Positions 39,581-57,149 of a stretch of 64,000 bases of DNA are shown one piece after another (within the stretch, counting starts at the first letter, position 1; every line of letters begins with the position of its first letter). Below the pieces are notes generated by a model that saw only the letters and a list, made by a program, of their open reading frames with translations, searched no databases and was not told where the DNA came from. The translations under genes and the position numbers were made by a program. The DNA is from Macrostomum lignano. Lineage: Eukaryota. Location of the stretch: positions 186,001 to 250,000 of the forward strand of contig NIVC01000920.1 of the NCBI GenBank assembly GCA_002269645.1, given 5' to 3'.

Positions 39581-40344
39581 TGTTGTTGTTAAACGAGGGT
39601 GGGAAGCTCTGCTACCCGCGGATCAGCCCGGGGTGGGCTCTGCCGCTGAGGGGCACTACCAGGGGCCAAGGCATTAACTGTCCAGGGCCCGAGATACCCC
39701 TTGGATACATTGGGATTGGACCCAGCTTAAAGCTAGGGAAAGGGCGAGTTGACCCAAGCCTACGGTACAAGACACCGCCAACCCAAACAGTGGAATCAGG
39801 GACGGTGCTAGGACCGAGTCCACCCAGGCCACCCCCCCAGCTATGCGAGTCCTCGGGAGTGCGCAGAAAAATTGGAGAGCGAAATGCTACTAAGAAAGCG
39901 GTCCGAGTGAGGAGTTACTCCTAAACCTACGGAAATGGCTTAAACTATTGGAGCGAGTCTGGGCAGCTAATTACCAAGAGCGATCCTATACAGGGGGTTC
40001 GGGAGCCCTGAAGGTCTCGAGCCTCAAGGCTTTTCACTACCCAGCTCTATTTTGGAGTGAGTCTGGAAGGCTTGTATCCGAGGGGTAGACTCCAGGCGGG
40101 AAGACCGTCCACCTCTATTGCTACCAGCCCAAGGGCATCGCCTATCCAGCTCATTATTGGGGGCCAGGCCAAGGGGTCGGGAGAAGAGGCACCCAGGGCA
40201 AGAGGACTCCGGACTCAGCCGGTTGTCCCCGGTTCGGGACGAACATCCTTCCCAGGACACCAATCCACTGTCAGGATGAGAGCCAGAGACACGCAAGCAG
40301 GGACCTTTCAGCAGGAGCCAGGAGATGGACCCGAGGACAGGGCA
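39581..40344 (-). mobile_element. 764-bp retroposed insertion with (AAC)n tail and 13-bp TSD; no recognisable coding domain
   Basis: AGTTTTCGGCTGT at 39568-39580 and 40345-40357; the insert begins TGTTGTTGTT on + (an AACAACAACA 3' tail on -); GC-rich against AT-rich flanks. Confidence 0.8.
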
Positions 40345-41147
40345 AGTTTTCGGCTGTAAGTCAAAGTCTAATTTTATAATCATTGTAACTATATATTTTC
40401 GAATTAACAAAACTTTTAATAACGCGCTTTTAGTCGAAGTCTACTATATGCGAGCTAAAAACTTTACTATTTTAAAGCAGATAAACTAATTTAAAGCAGC
40501 AACTACATGTATGAAGCATATAGTTATTCTGGCATTAAAAGAATTGTACGTAAAAATCCAAGCAGAGTACAATCAGATCTGCAGTCTTTTGTCGCTTCTT
40601 GTAGCTTTCTCAACCTGGTTGCAGAGCTGAGCAGTCGGTCTCACAGCGGGTAGACCATTGTCTCGTACAGCTGAGGAACTATAGCTGGTCGTACCTAGAA
40701 ATTTATAGTTTAAAGAATCTATTAGCTGCAAATTACACTTTTTCAACATCCTTAATAACAAGCTAGTGTGGACCAAATCGCCAAGCAAGGCAGCAAAACA
40801 GGCAAAGCAAGTAGTTCGGTCCATTGTCCCCTCTCTCTCAACCGAGCCATGAGTCATTTAAGGGAGATGTACATGTTCTTCTCTGGCAACGTGCCAGATA
40901 TATGTATGTAAATTGACAAATCTTTTTTTGCGTATTTCCTCTATGTAATCTTGCGTTTAGTGGCCCCCAATTGGGTCGTTTTTTATTTTTGCATGTTGTG
41001 TACAATCTATTTAGAGCGTCTCGTATAATAGTTATACGATCGATAATTTAGACCTCCGTGCGCGTGGCGCACGAAGAGGTCCAGTTTTATTACTTTTTAA
41101 TTATAACCCGCCTCACCTCGGTCAACCACCTCTCATCTCTCTCCTGA

Positions 41148-41475
41148 GAACACGAGAAATGCCCAAAGAGGAATTGCCCGCCGAGATTTTTCCCGCCGAG
41201 GTTTGCCCGCAATGCTTCTTTCCTACAGCGCATTTGGCCACGCGGAAGATTTTGTCTGCATTGCCTCCCCAATGCTTAATAAGTCTTAAGAAAGAGATTC
41301 ACCCAATCAAACGTTTTGATATTAAATGCATATCAAATGCATATTATTTTTTTGTGGGGGGGGGGCATTGCAGACGGAATCTAGCTGCCAATTGCGCTGT
41401 AGGAAAAAGCATTGCGGGCAAACCTCGGCGGGAAAAATCTCGGCGGGCAATTCGCTCGCGGGAAATTCTCATGGA
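41148..41475. mobile_element. MITE/foldback element with about 62-bp inverted repeats
   Basis: 41171-41232 is the reverse complement of 41393-41453 with one indel. The arms are built from about 14-bp sub-repeats (TTGCCCGCCGAG). Confidence 0.85.
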
Positions 41476-41967
41476 CCCCTCTCTCCTCTCGCTCTTCCGA
41501 TTTTACATGTAGGAGCGATTAAAAAGTTCACTGTCCGTCTGTTGCTAAATTTAGCTTCAAGTGTTAGTTCAGTCCTAATTAATTATTTTTCCCACTAGCA
41601 ATTGGACACCACGGTTTCTACACCCGTGTAGCAATCCGACGTCGGCCGACGTTCCCGATATCTATCGACGTCTCTAACAAATATGTACTTTTACATTGCA
41701 TCGACGTTCAACTGACGTTATAGCATCGTTATATCCGTCAATGTAATGTAAAAGTACACGTTTGTCGGCAACGTTGAATTGATGTACGGGAGAAGCATAT
41801 CTCATTACAGTTCTTCCCACTGCATGGCCCTCTTGCGGCATAGAAGAGGAAACCGTTGAGCAACACCTTACATTCTGCCCTAAGCTGAGGACTTCCAACT
41901 CTATCTATGAACTGCGCGCCCTCGTCCGGGGCACGTATCGATGAATAAACATTTCTCACGCCAAGCT

Positions 41968-48498
<6,531 letters not shown>

Positions 48499-49155
48499 TC
48501 CTGTGTGTGTTTGTTTTTCTAATTCAGCAATAATTGCTTTTTCAGAGCGAGGTTTTTGCAAGTAGCAACCCGCTGTCGGGGTACTTCATGCCATTAATAC
48601 AGCTCGCTTGAATGCCTTCGGACGCAGGTGGGGTGGAGGTTTGTTTTACATTTCCAGTGGTTGTGTGCCCCAGTAACTAAGCAGCAAAGCATTTTCGCTT
48701 TCTCCGAGACCATTAGCACAAAGGTAAATATTGACATGGGCAGTCAGAGGGTGTAGGCAACTAGCCGGTAGCCGCCGAAAAATTCCAATTACTATATAGC
48801 AGAGAAATAATTAAGAAAAAACTCACAATAAAAGGTAAATAAATATATTTGCGCAGAGCCAAGTCTAAGTCAAGCTCTGCATGCTGGTTAACTATACATG
48901 CCCTGGTTTAACATACCATAGCTTTGTATTTGCATCAGCCCATGCCTAGCCCAAAGTCAAGTATCAAAATTTATGCTTTGGATGGCTTAGTCAAAGAGCG
49001 TTTGAGCTTTGAAGATCTGTTCGTCAGAAAAGGCACTCTTTGCACTGCGACTCTTTCTGATCGTGAGGAAATGGTTTTCTCTGCACTGTGACTCTTTCAT
49101 CTGATGGTGAGAAGAATCTGCAATTTGAAACCTCTGTCAGCTTAATTCAGAACTA

Positions 49156-50499
49156 CAAGGGCTATCCCAAAAGTAAGTTTCGATCGCTATGCTATAAAAG
49201 ACAAACTAGTGACCCAAAAATCAACAAAACTTTGCAACTGCAAAATGAACTCATAGTTACTCTACAAATTTGCCGCCGAGTTCAACGCACTTCTGCCAGC
49301 GGCGCACCCACGCCTCAAAGGCAGGGCTGCAACCGCCGATGGCCAGATGCCGGAGAGCTGATGAAGCACTGTTATTAATCTGTTCCACCGAGGCAAAACG
49401 TTGACCACGAAGACTCTCCTTCATCCTTGGGAAAACGTAGAAGTCCGCCGGAGCCAAGTCAGGAGAATAGCGCGGCTGAGGCAGAACTTCCCAGTCCCAG
49501 GACTCCAGGAGCTCTTCCACTCTTCTGGCGCGGTGCACAGGCGCATTGTCGTGATGAAAAATGACGCCTCTCTCCAGCAAGCCAGGTCGCTTCTTTCTGA
49601 TCGCCGGTCGCAGTTTCTCCTGCAGAATCCATTTGTAATATTCGGCGTTCACCTTGGTACCGACTGGCACAGGCCAGTCCACCAGAATGCCATGGACGTC
49701 GAAGAAGATGATGTGCATCACCTTCGTTGAACTCTGCTTGCGCTGCACCTTCTGGGCTTGCTGAGCCCCTTGGAAGCCACTGTGCTGACTGGCGCTTCAG
49801 CTCAGGATCCCATTCGTAGACCTAAGTCTCATCTCCTGTTACAATCCTGCTGAGGAAGTCGTTGCCGATGAAATCGAAGAAGGTGCTCTCTGGACAGCCT
49901 CACCCGCTCCTCCATCTGCTCTTCTGTCAGCAGGTGGGGCACCCATTTGGCGAAGATCTTCTGCATGCCCAAGTTCTCAGTTAGGATGCGATGCACCGTG
50001 CTGTGGGGAATGCCTAAAAGTTCCTCGAGTTCAGCGCAAGTGAGCCTGCTGTCATCTGTCACGGCATCCTTCACACGCTCGGCATTTGCGTCGGTTGTTG
50101 CTGTTCTCGGCCTTCCGGAGCGCTCTTCATCTTCCATGCACAGCCTCCCTCCCTGGACCTCACGAACCCACTTGCGCACTGTCTGAATTGATGGAGCTTC
50201 CTCTCTCAAAACGTCTCCAAGCTCTTCATGAATTGCAGTTGCCGATTTTCCAGCCAAAACTCCAAACTTGATGATGTTCCGAACGTCAAACCGAGTGAAC
50301 GAAGCTGACGCGGCCATCTTTGCAAAAGTCTATTTGATTTAAGTGATGCTCTGCAGCTTGTGAGCAAGACAGCACTCTGAAACTTGTCATTCTTCTTTAC
50401 CATAGACTATAGATTAGTAAATGGCCCTAGTGTCTCCTGTCCAAGATGCTATTAATAAATTTTATACAATAGCGAAACTTACTTTTGGGATAGCCCTCG
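49156..50499 (-). mobile_element. Complete mariner (DD34D) transposon, 1344 bp, with a disrupted transposase
   Basis: 27-bp TIRs at 49156-49182 and 50473-50499 (one mismatch), with TA on both sides (49154-55, 50500-01). Transposase 50317-49257 has WVPHLL, TGDET*, HHDNAPVH and YSPDLAPAD, with 34 residues between the second and third Asp. There are frameshifts near 49868 and 49755 and a TAG at 49822-49824. Confidence 0.97.
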
Positions 50500-50767
50500 T
50501 ACTAGTATAGCACTCGTATGTCAGTCTTGTGAAGGTCTATAGATTTAAGTTAAAGTTGGGTGAGCTGAAGTACTCAATCAAAACTCAATGAGGCATAACG
50601 ACATGAAGTTTATGCGGAATTAATCTCATAAGTTTCAAACTGCAGCGCAACTGATAAAAAGTTTTTATTTGATCTTTCCGATTTCTGCATTTTATCTCGT
50701 AGTTACTGTTAGGTTTATTAGTAGAGCTGTGTAAGAAGTTTCGCTTCCCGACATGAGTTTAAGTTGA

Positions 50768-51520
50768 TCACTCGAACGGCGACAGGCACTCGGCCACTGC
50801 ACCGATGTATTCTTCCGAAAAGTTTGAAAAGTCGTTCAGACCAGGTAGCGCATTATGGAGTGACACACAGTCCTCAGCTCCTATTTTGTCGTCTGGCTGA
50901 CTTATGTCGCTCGAGTCCCACAGGCTGCCCTCAATGCTGGAGTTGCAGCTGGCCCAGAACCAGCCTCCGCTCGGCTCCTCGCTGCCGGGCAGCTGCCAGC
51001 CACCGAGCATCACGCTGGTCGACGGCTCGTTGGGCACGAAGCTCTTGACGTGGCTGAGTTCGGCAGAGTCGGTGATGTCAGCCATGATGGTAAGTCCGGG
51101 CTCAGCATCGATGATGGACTTCGCCAAAAAGAAGTCCTTGAAACCGGGATAAAACTTGTACTTTGTGCCGCAAAGGTCGTCAGAGAATCCGGCAGGGCAC
51201 AGAGCTCCGGGCGGCAGTCCCGGCTGCTGCCTCACGAACACCGGCGCCCTGCGAGTGCAGCCGCAGTCTCTCACGCGCTTGCTGCACCTGTTGAACACGA
51301 ACAGCTGGCACGGACCGTCGGCCAAGCTGAACGCCTGACAGTCTCGTTTTGAGTTGCACAGGCCTGCGCACACGATTTTGGACGAGGCATCGCTGCGAGT
51401 CTGCACGAACTCGGGCCTGATGCACTGCAGACTGTCGAGCTCGAAGTAGCGGACGGCAGAGGCGGCAGCCAGCAGTGCAGCCGCCGCCGCAGCAGCGACG
51501 AGGCCCAGGCGGCGAGTCAT
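50768..51520 (-). CDS. Secreted PAN/apple + C-type-lectin-like domain protein (250 aa, single exon)
   Basis: Signal-peptide-like MTRRLGLVAAAAAAALLAAASA; PAN-like CAGLCNSKRDCQAFSLADGPCQL; CTLD-like WFW…LW…QPDDKIGAEDCV…LND. Confidence 0.82.
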   Translation of the reverse strand: MTRRLGLVAAAAAAALLAAASAVRYFELDSLQCIRPEFVQTRSDASSKIVCAGLCNSKRDCQAFSLADGPCQLFVFNRCSKRVRDCGCTRRAPVFVRQQPGLPPGALCPAGFSDDLCGTKYKFYPGFKDFFLAKSIIDAEPGLTIMADITDSAELSHVKSFVPNEPSTSVMLGGWQLPGSEEPSGGWFWASCNSSIEGSLWDSSDISQPDDKIGAEDCVSLHNALPGLNDFSNFSEEYIGAVAECLSPFE

Positions 51521-52206
51521 CGTTGCCAAGAGGCGATTGACAAAAGCCGCGAGCGCGAGAGTTGGTTCAAGCCTTAAATAGGACATTTCGCTTTTTTCGC
51601 TTTTTGCTATTAGACTGCTTTTTAAAGCTTTTAGCCACTTGAGCCACGAGGTAAGAGATTGACTTGATTTTTTTGGTTCAGAAATGCAAAGCAGTTTGAA
51701 TTACAGCTTTTTTCCCATTGCGATCGATCAACGGACTCTTAGAAACTGAATAGTGGCGCATTAATAGCAAATAGTGTTTGCCGAGGTGGAAATTTAGTGA
51801 CACGCAGACCATGAAACAGCGCTGACACAGTGTCGTCAGTCACACACCCGAACATCATCTCGTTAGTGCAGCATTTGTCCTCAGGAATTTCTTAAAAATT
51901 CAAGTCAAAGCAGAAGAGTTAATGCCTACTCGTCAGTAGTATAAATAGCCGAGCTGGCTACTTAAATGCTTGCATGAGGTCGACCCATATGGTGATAATG
52001 AAGCACACAGATTGTGAACCAGTTAAATACTGACTTTGCACCTCTACCACTCACTTGACAAGACTCCAGACATCGAGTTGAATTCATCAATTCCAGACGA
52101 GGAGTTTCTCGGTTTAGATACAGAATTTTTTGTTTGGAAGCGAGATATTATAAATTTTAGCATTTCAAGAACAGACCTAGCAAGTGTTTATTAAATCTGC
52201 TTGAAT

Positions 52207-52393
52207 CTTGACATCTCTACAATTTCCCCATGAGCCTTGACATCTCAGCAATTCCCCATGAGCCTTGACATCTCAGCAATTCCCCATGAGCCTTGACATC
52301 TCAGCAATTCCCCATGAGCCTTGACATCTCAGCAATTCCCCATGAGCCTTGACATCTCAGCAGTTCCCCATGAGCCTTGACATCTCAGCAATA
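52207..52393. repeat. 28-bp minisatellite (CCCATGAGCCTTGACATCTCAGCAATTC)n
   Basis: About 6 tandem copies. Confidence 0.93.
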
Positions 52394-52883
52394 CCTCCTG
52401 TGAGTCACAGCATTTCAGCAGGTCGCTCGATAAGCCATGGCACAATGATTATTCTCAAAAATTTCACAATGATCGCCCATTGAAAGCATTGTGAAAACTT
52501 GTTTTTTTTATGAATATTGTATGCTTAATCGCCTTAGCATCCAGAAATTTCTTATCCATAGTAGATGTACCGTCACTTAAAAATGTCTGATCGAACGGTG
52601 CAAGTTTAGAAGAACAATTATTTGTGCTTGCTGTTATTTTTGGGCACAGGGGGTTGACAAAAATAAGCAATGAACTAAGTGGTGCAGGAAGTCGCATCAG
52701 ATAAGTCATGCTGCATGTGACTGCTTACATATTGGTACTACATAGGAAATCCTTGGGTTGCGCTCCTTGGTCATCATTAGTTGACTGAAAGAGACTATAG
52801 ATGGGTTCTAGAGTTTAAATAAACTGAATTTCTATTTGTAGAGGTTATGAAGAACTGTACGGTCAATTCATAGGTACCTGTTA

Positions 52884-53030
52884 GGGCGCCGTAGCCCAGC
52901 GGCCCAGGCTCGATTCCAAGTGCAGTCACATCAATTTGGGGCTGAATTGGAATCTCGGCTTGGCTCTGCTCGTGCAATTAACGGCCTTGAGGGCCAACCT
53001 CCAAGGCACAGTGAAGTGTACATGCCTAAC
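52884..53030 (+). mobile_element. Possible tRNA-derived SINE remnant
   Basis: A-box-like TAGCCCAGCGG 52892-52902 and B-box-like GGCTCGATTCC 52907-52917. The spacing is too short for a tRNA, so there is an internal deletion. The 3' boundary is approximate. Confidence 0.4.
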
Positions 53031-54063
53031 AATAATATAAAGTTAGGACCGCTGTACACTCCTGTGGCCCTACGACTGCGTACGTATCCGCGCGCTTGTG
53101 TGCCTGCTCAGGGGAGTCGGCGGAATGGGCAGTAATGCCTCTCGCCGGTTGTGTGACAATGTCGACTAAAGTGCACCAGCGTGCACACAGCCTCCAATAA
53201 AAAATGGGTATCCTATTAGCATGCTAGCGCATTGTTTGTGATGTTTAGCTATCTTCTTGAACTGTTTATCACTGACTGTATTGGGTCCGCGTATCGAGAA
53301 ATAAATCAATTTATGAGCTCGTTCTGAAATTTTAACAACAACGAAACCAGCAACGGTTTTTGTTTTTTTTCAAACAAGTTTAAACAAATAAAGCAAGCTT
53401 AACTAAACTGACAAGAAGTTCAGGGGAGGGGGGGGGGGCTGGGAGAGTCGCTAGTCGCGGCAAGTACGATCGTGTTTAAAGCGTATTATATAAACGAGCA
53501 CAAAATGAAAGCTAAAAACACGATAACTTTGATCCGAATTGCATAGCAGATAAAACAAAAAGTTCCCTGTACTAAGCAACAGAGAACTTACTAAAAATTA
53601 GCATCAGGAGACGAAAACATGTCATAACTAAGAATAATGAGACATTGGACAGGCAGTTTGTCTCTCAGAAAATATTAAAGGCTCACTTCTTATTTAAAAA
53701 TACATTGCCAATTTTTTTTCTTTAACAATTTGTCAGTTTCCTTATTAAACAACACCACAACATGCACAATATAAACGATTATTGTTCGGAACAAATAATA
53801 AAAAATTCTGCTTCAAGACTAAAATACATTTGTACAAGACAAACTGGAACGGGAATCAGGCTTTGTTTTACAGCGCAAATGTTAATCGCCTTTTTTGGGA
53901 TGCTCGATTCACGGCTGCAAAATACCAACACAAACGAATCAAGCGATGTCTGTTTTTTATCGACAAGAAGTGTTCTTCTAGACGCCTAGTGCTCCTGCCA
54001 GTCAAGATAAAAATCTATTAAATTTCGTTTCCACTCAACCTATTTGTATTTTTTATTTGATCT

Positions 54064-55239
54064 CTAAAAAGACTCTGATTTGGAGATCAGCTGCCGTTTT
54101 GGCTGCTTGACTTTCAAGCTGCCCTGTCGGCCCTCACCCTTGGCCTTCGAGCAGCATTGCGGATGTACATGTATCTCCACCTGAACCTCCAGAGGATTCA
54201 GCTCCAACAGTTCCTCTGGCTCGTGCGGCTGAGGTGCAGCATTATGAAGTCTGGCGATCAGGCGTCGAATGATTCGAACGGGTTGCAGGCGCCTGATGCA
54301 GTTGCAGAAGCGTTCGGTGAAGCAAAGATACACCACGGGGTTCAGAGCGCTGTTCACGTAGGTCAGCATGGTCGTGCTGTAGGACGAGGTGGCCATTAGT
54401 TCTTCCGGGATGTAGCCGCTAATGCCCAAGTTGACGTGGGCCCAGTGCGGCACCGAGCAGATCGTGTACAGCAAGAAGATGGCCATCACCATTACGGTGA
54501 CCCGATTGGCCCGCCGTTGGGCCTCGCAGGCTCCGGCAGTGGTTGAAGCGGCGTGACGGCGCACCTTGCAAAGAATGAAGCCGTAGAACAGAACCAGCAG
54601 GGACAGCGGCACAGCGCATCCCACAATCAGATTGTAGGTGGCAAATTTGATCTCGTCCTGCACGAGACTCCCGAATGTATTGGCGAGTTTGTCGGCCAGT
54701 AGGGGGGACGGATCCTCTTCCCCGTCGGTCCCGTTCAAGCTGCGCCAGGGGGTGTGGTGCCCGCAGCTGTAGGTGACATTGTTGCCGGTGCCCCAGGCCG
54801 TCAATTCGGTGAATGCAACCACGGGAGCGACCAGCAGAGTGCTCACCGACCACAGGGCGATCAGTAGGCACCAAGCAAATCTGGCAGTGCGCAGACGCGG
54901 CGAGAATCTTGTCAGCACGACGGCGATGAACCGATCGAATCCCAAGGCGGTGATAATGAAGATACTCGCCGTCCAGTTCGTGTAGAGGATCATGTAGTAC
55001 GCCTTGCAGGCCAGCTTGCCCCAGATCCAGCTCTTGACACTAATAAGACGCAGTAACGGAACAATGGACAACAAGTGCAGAATGTCCGCAACGGCCAGGT
55101 GACCAAGGTAGATGTTCATCGGCTTTTTAGCGGCCGTACTCTTTATCACGGAAGTCACAATGACCGCCGCATTGCTGGCTAGACCGAAGGCTAAAATGAT
55201 GCCAAATATTGGCTCGATGTATTCGTGGAACACCGGCAT
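54064..55239 (-). CDS. Class A peptide GPCR, somatostatin/allatostatin-C-receptor-like, intronless coding region
   Basis: Seven hydrophobic segments with GLASNAAVI, NIYLGHLAVAD, WIWGKLACK, DRF, YNLIVGCAVPLSLLVLFY and NSALNPVVY. The start is uncertain: ATG 55239 follows an acceptor-like TCTTCTGACAG, while the ORF extends to 55437. Confidence 0.88.
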   Translation of the reverse strand: MPVFHEYIEPIFGIILAFGLASNAAVIVTSVIKSTAAKKPMNIYLGHLAVADILHLLSIVPLLRLISVKSWIWGKLACKAYYMILYTNWTASIFIITALGFDRFIAVVLTRFSPRLRTARFAWCLLIALWSVSTLLVAPVVAFTELTAWGTGNNVTYSCGHHTPWRSLNGTDGEEDPSPLLADKLANTFGSLVQDEIKFATYNLIVGCAVPLSLLVLFYGFILCKVRRHAASTTAGACEAQRRANRVTVMVMAIFLLYTICSVPHWAHVNLGISGYIPEELMATSSYSTTMLTYVNSALNPVVYLCFTERFCNCIRRLQPVRIIRRLIARLHNAAPQPHEPEELLELNPLEVQVEIHVHPQCCSKAKGEGRQGSLKVKQPKRQLISKSESF

Positions 55240-55819
55240 GCTGTTGCCTGTCAGAAGAGAAAATACCTTGAGAATGAAGTGGCTGGAGACCCAGGTGCAT
55301 TTTCGAGAAATTTCGGAACTTAAATATCCCGAAGAAGAATTCCACTGGCTTGACTTATGCTGATTCAATTTTGCAAAGCCTAAATTAAGGCAGCCAATGA
55401 GAAGTGAGACATGAGTATTCAAGATGCTGGAGTTCATTTTTTTCTGAAGAGGAAGCTTCAGTTAACTCAACAGTTGCTTTTAATCCGGAGACCGTTCTGA
55501 TGCACGAAAGTTAACATTATTATAACTAAATCTTGTTTCTGATTTGAAGACTTTTGAAGGCTGATTCAGGTTATATTAGCTATACTTTATATTTTACTCA
55601 TATATCTACTTTATAATATCAAAATTGAAGAAAATTAAGTTGATTTATGTTAAGTATAATCATAATATGTAAAATATGAGCACCCTAGCGCAACGAGTTC
55701 GGCGACATCGTCTCACATCGAGCGGTGAGGCAATTCTGCCCATTCCGCCGACTGCTGAGCAAAAACGCTCGTACAGGCGCGCCAATACAGCGGCCATGAT
55801 TTCCTAATCATCAGGCATA

Positions 55820-55925
55820 GGTGTGAATCGCACAACCCCCCCCAGTTAACTCTCGAGCACAAGCCTCAAATGAATGCGGCTCCGCACGGAGTCGAACCAG
55901 GGGTTCTTGGCCGAGTCAGACGCGT
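55820..55925 (-). mobile_element. tRNA-derived SINE fragment
   Basis: Perfect B-box GGTTCGACTCC on the minus strand (55898-55888) in a tRNA 3'-half-like context; no complete cloverleaf. Confidence 0.45.
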
Positions 55926-55970
55926 TTACTGCTGAGATCTGAAGGATAACCTAACCCTAACCCTAACTCT

Positions 55971-56592
55971 AGTCTCGGTGGACAAAACCTCCAAAGGATA
56001 GTCTCGGTGGACAAGACCTCCGAAGAATAGGCTCAAAAGACAAGACCTCCGAAGGATAGTCTCGGTGGACAAGACCTCCGAAGCATAGTCTCGGTGGACA
56101 AGACCTCCGAAGCATAGTCTCGGTGGACAAGACCTCCGAAGCATAGTCTTGGTGGACAAGACCTACGAAGGATAGTCTCGGTGGACAAGACCTCCAAATG
56201 ATAGTCTCGGTGGATAAGACCCCGAAGGATAGTCTCGGTGGACAAGACCTCCGAAGGATAGTCTTGGTGGACAAGACCTCCAAATGATAGTCTCGGTGGA
56301 CAAGACCTCCGAATGATAGTCTTGGTGGACAAGACCTCCAAATGATAGTCTCGGTGGACAAGACCTCCGAAGGATAGTCTCGGTGGACAAGACCTCCGAA
56401 GGATAGTCTCGGTGGATAAGACCACCGAAGTATAGGCTCGATAGACAAGACCTCCGAAGGATAGTCTCGGCTCGGTGGACAATACCTCCAAAGGATAGTC
56501 TCGGTGGATAAGACCCCCGAAGGATAGTCTCGGTGGACAAGACCTCCGAAGGATAGTCTCGGTGGACAAGACCTCCAAAGGATAGTCTCGGT
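55971..56592. repeat. 29-bp minisatellite (AGTCTCGGTGGACAAGACCTCCGAAGGAT)n
   Basis: About 21 copies, preceded by TAACCTAACCCTAACCCTAA. Confidence 0.95.
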
Positions 56593-56938
56593 GGGCAAGT
56601 GCGGGAGAAACTTTTGCTTTTGCAAAAAAGGCAATCAGTTAAAACGGAAGTAGCATCACTGACGCAACCCCCAGACTGAGACGACACAGAAAAGGCGTTT
56701 GAAAATTATTCTTTGAAAAAATATCTTCGCTGCCATCGACATGACTAAGGCGGCCCCGGTCAGTCAAGCGACACGGCCCTCATAAGGGCTGATTAATCTC
56801 TAGAGGCAGCTCCTGCGTTGCTGGGCCCGGCAACCCCCAGCCTCCATGCCTCCATGCCCTGGCAGTTCACGGATTTCGTTGACGGAAAGAACAGTAAGAT
56901 CAGAAATACATTCCAAATCAGCAGCCATGACTGATAGC

Positions 56939-56939
56939 T

Positions 56940-57034
<95 letters not shown>
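56939..57034. repeat. (GA)n microsatellite
   Basis: Direct reading. Confidence 0.98.
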
Positions 57035-57035
<1 letters not shown>

Positions 57036-57075
57036 CACTTTGAGAGTTGAAAAGTTTCTGCTATTATGAACTAGC

Positions 57076-57149
57076 CCAGGTAGCTATAGCAGCTGAGGTA
57101 GATAAGGTACAGTGGGGTAGATAAGGAACAGTAGCTGAGGTAGATAGGG
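57076..57149. repeat. Degenerate copies of the 23-bp minisatellite, left of the LINE fragment
   Basis: AGCTGAGGTAGATAAGGTACAGT and AGTAGCTGAGGTAGATAGGGT. Confidence 0.85.

Noticed and set aside
52207-52393. 28-bp direct repeats as a possible CRISPR array (also the 23-33-bp arrays elsewhere)
   Set aside because: Repeats are head-to-tail with no unique spacers, there are no cas genes, and the context is eukaryotic.
52884-52920. Intact tRNA gene (also 55820-55925)
   Set aside because: A/B-box-like motifs are present but no cloverleaf can be folded; treated as SINE remnants.
55948-55967. True telomere or chromosome end
   Set aside because: Only about 3 TAACCC units, internal to the window.
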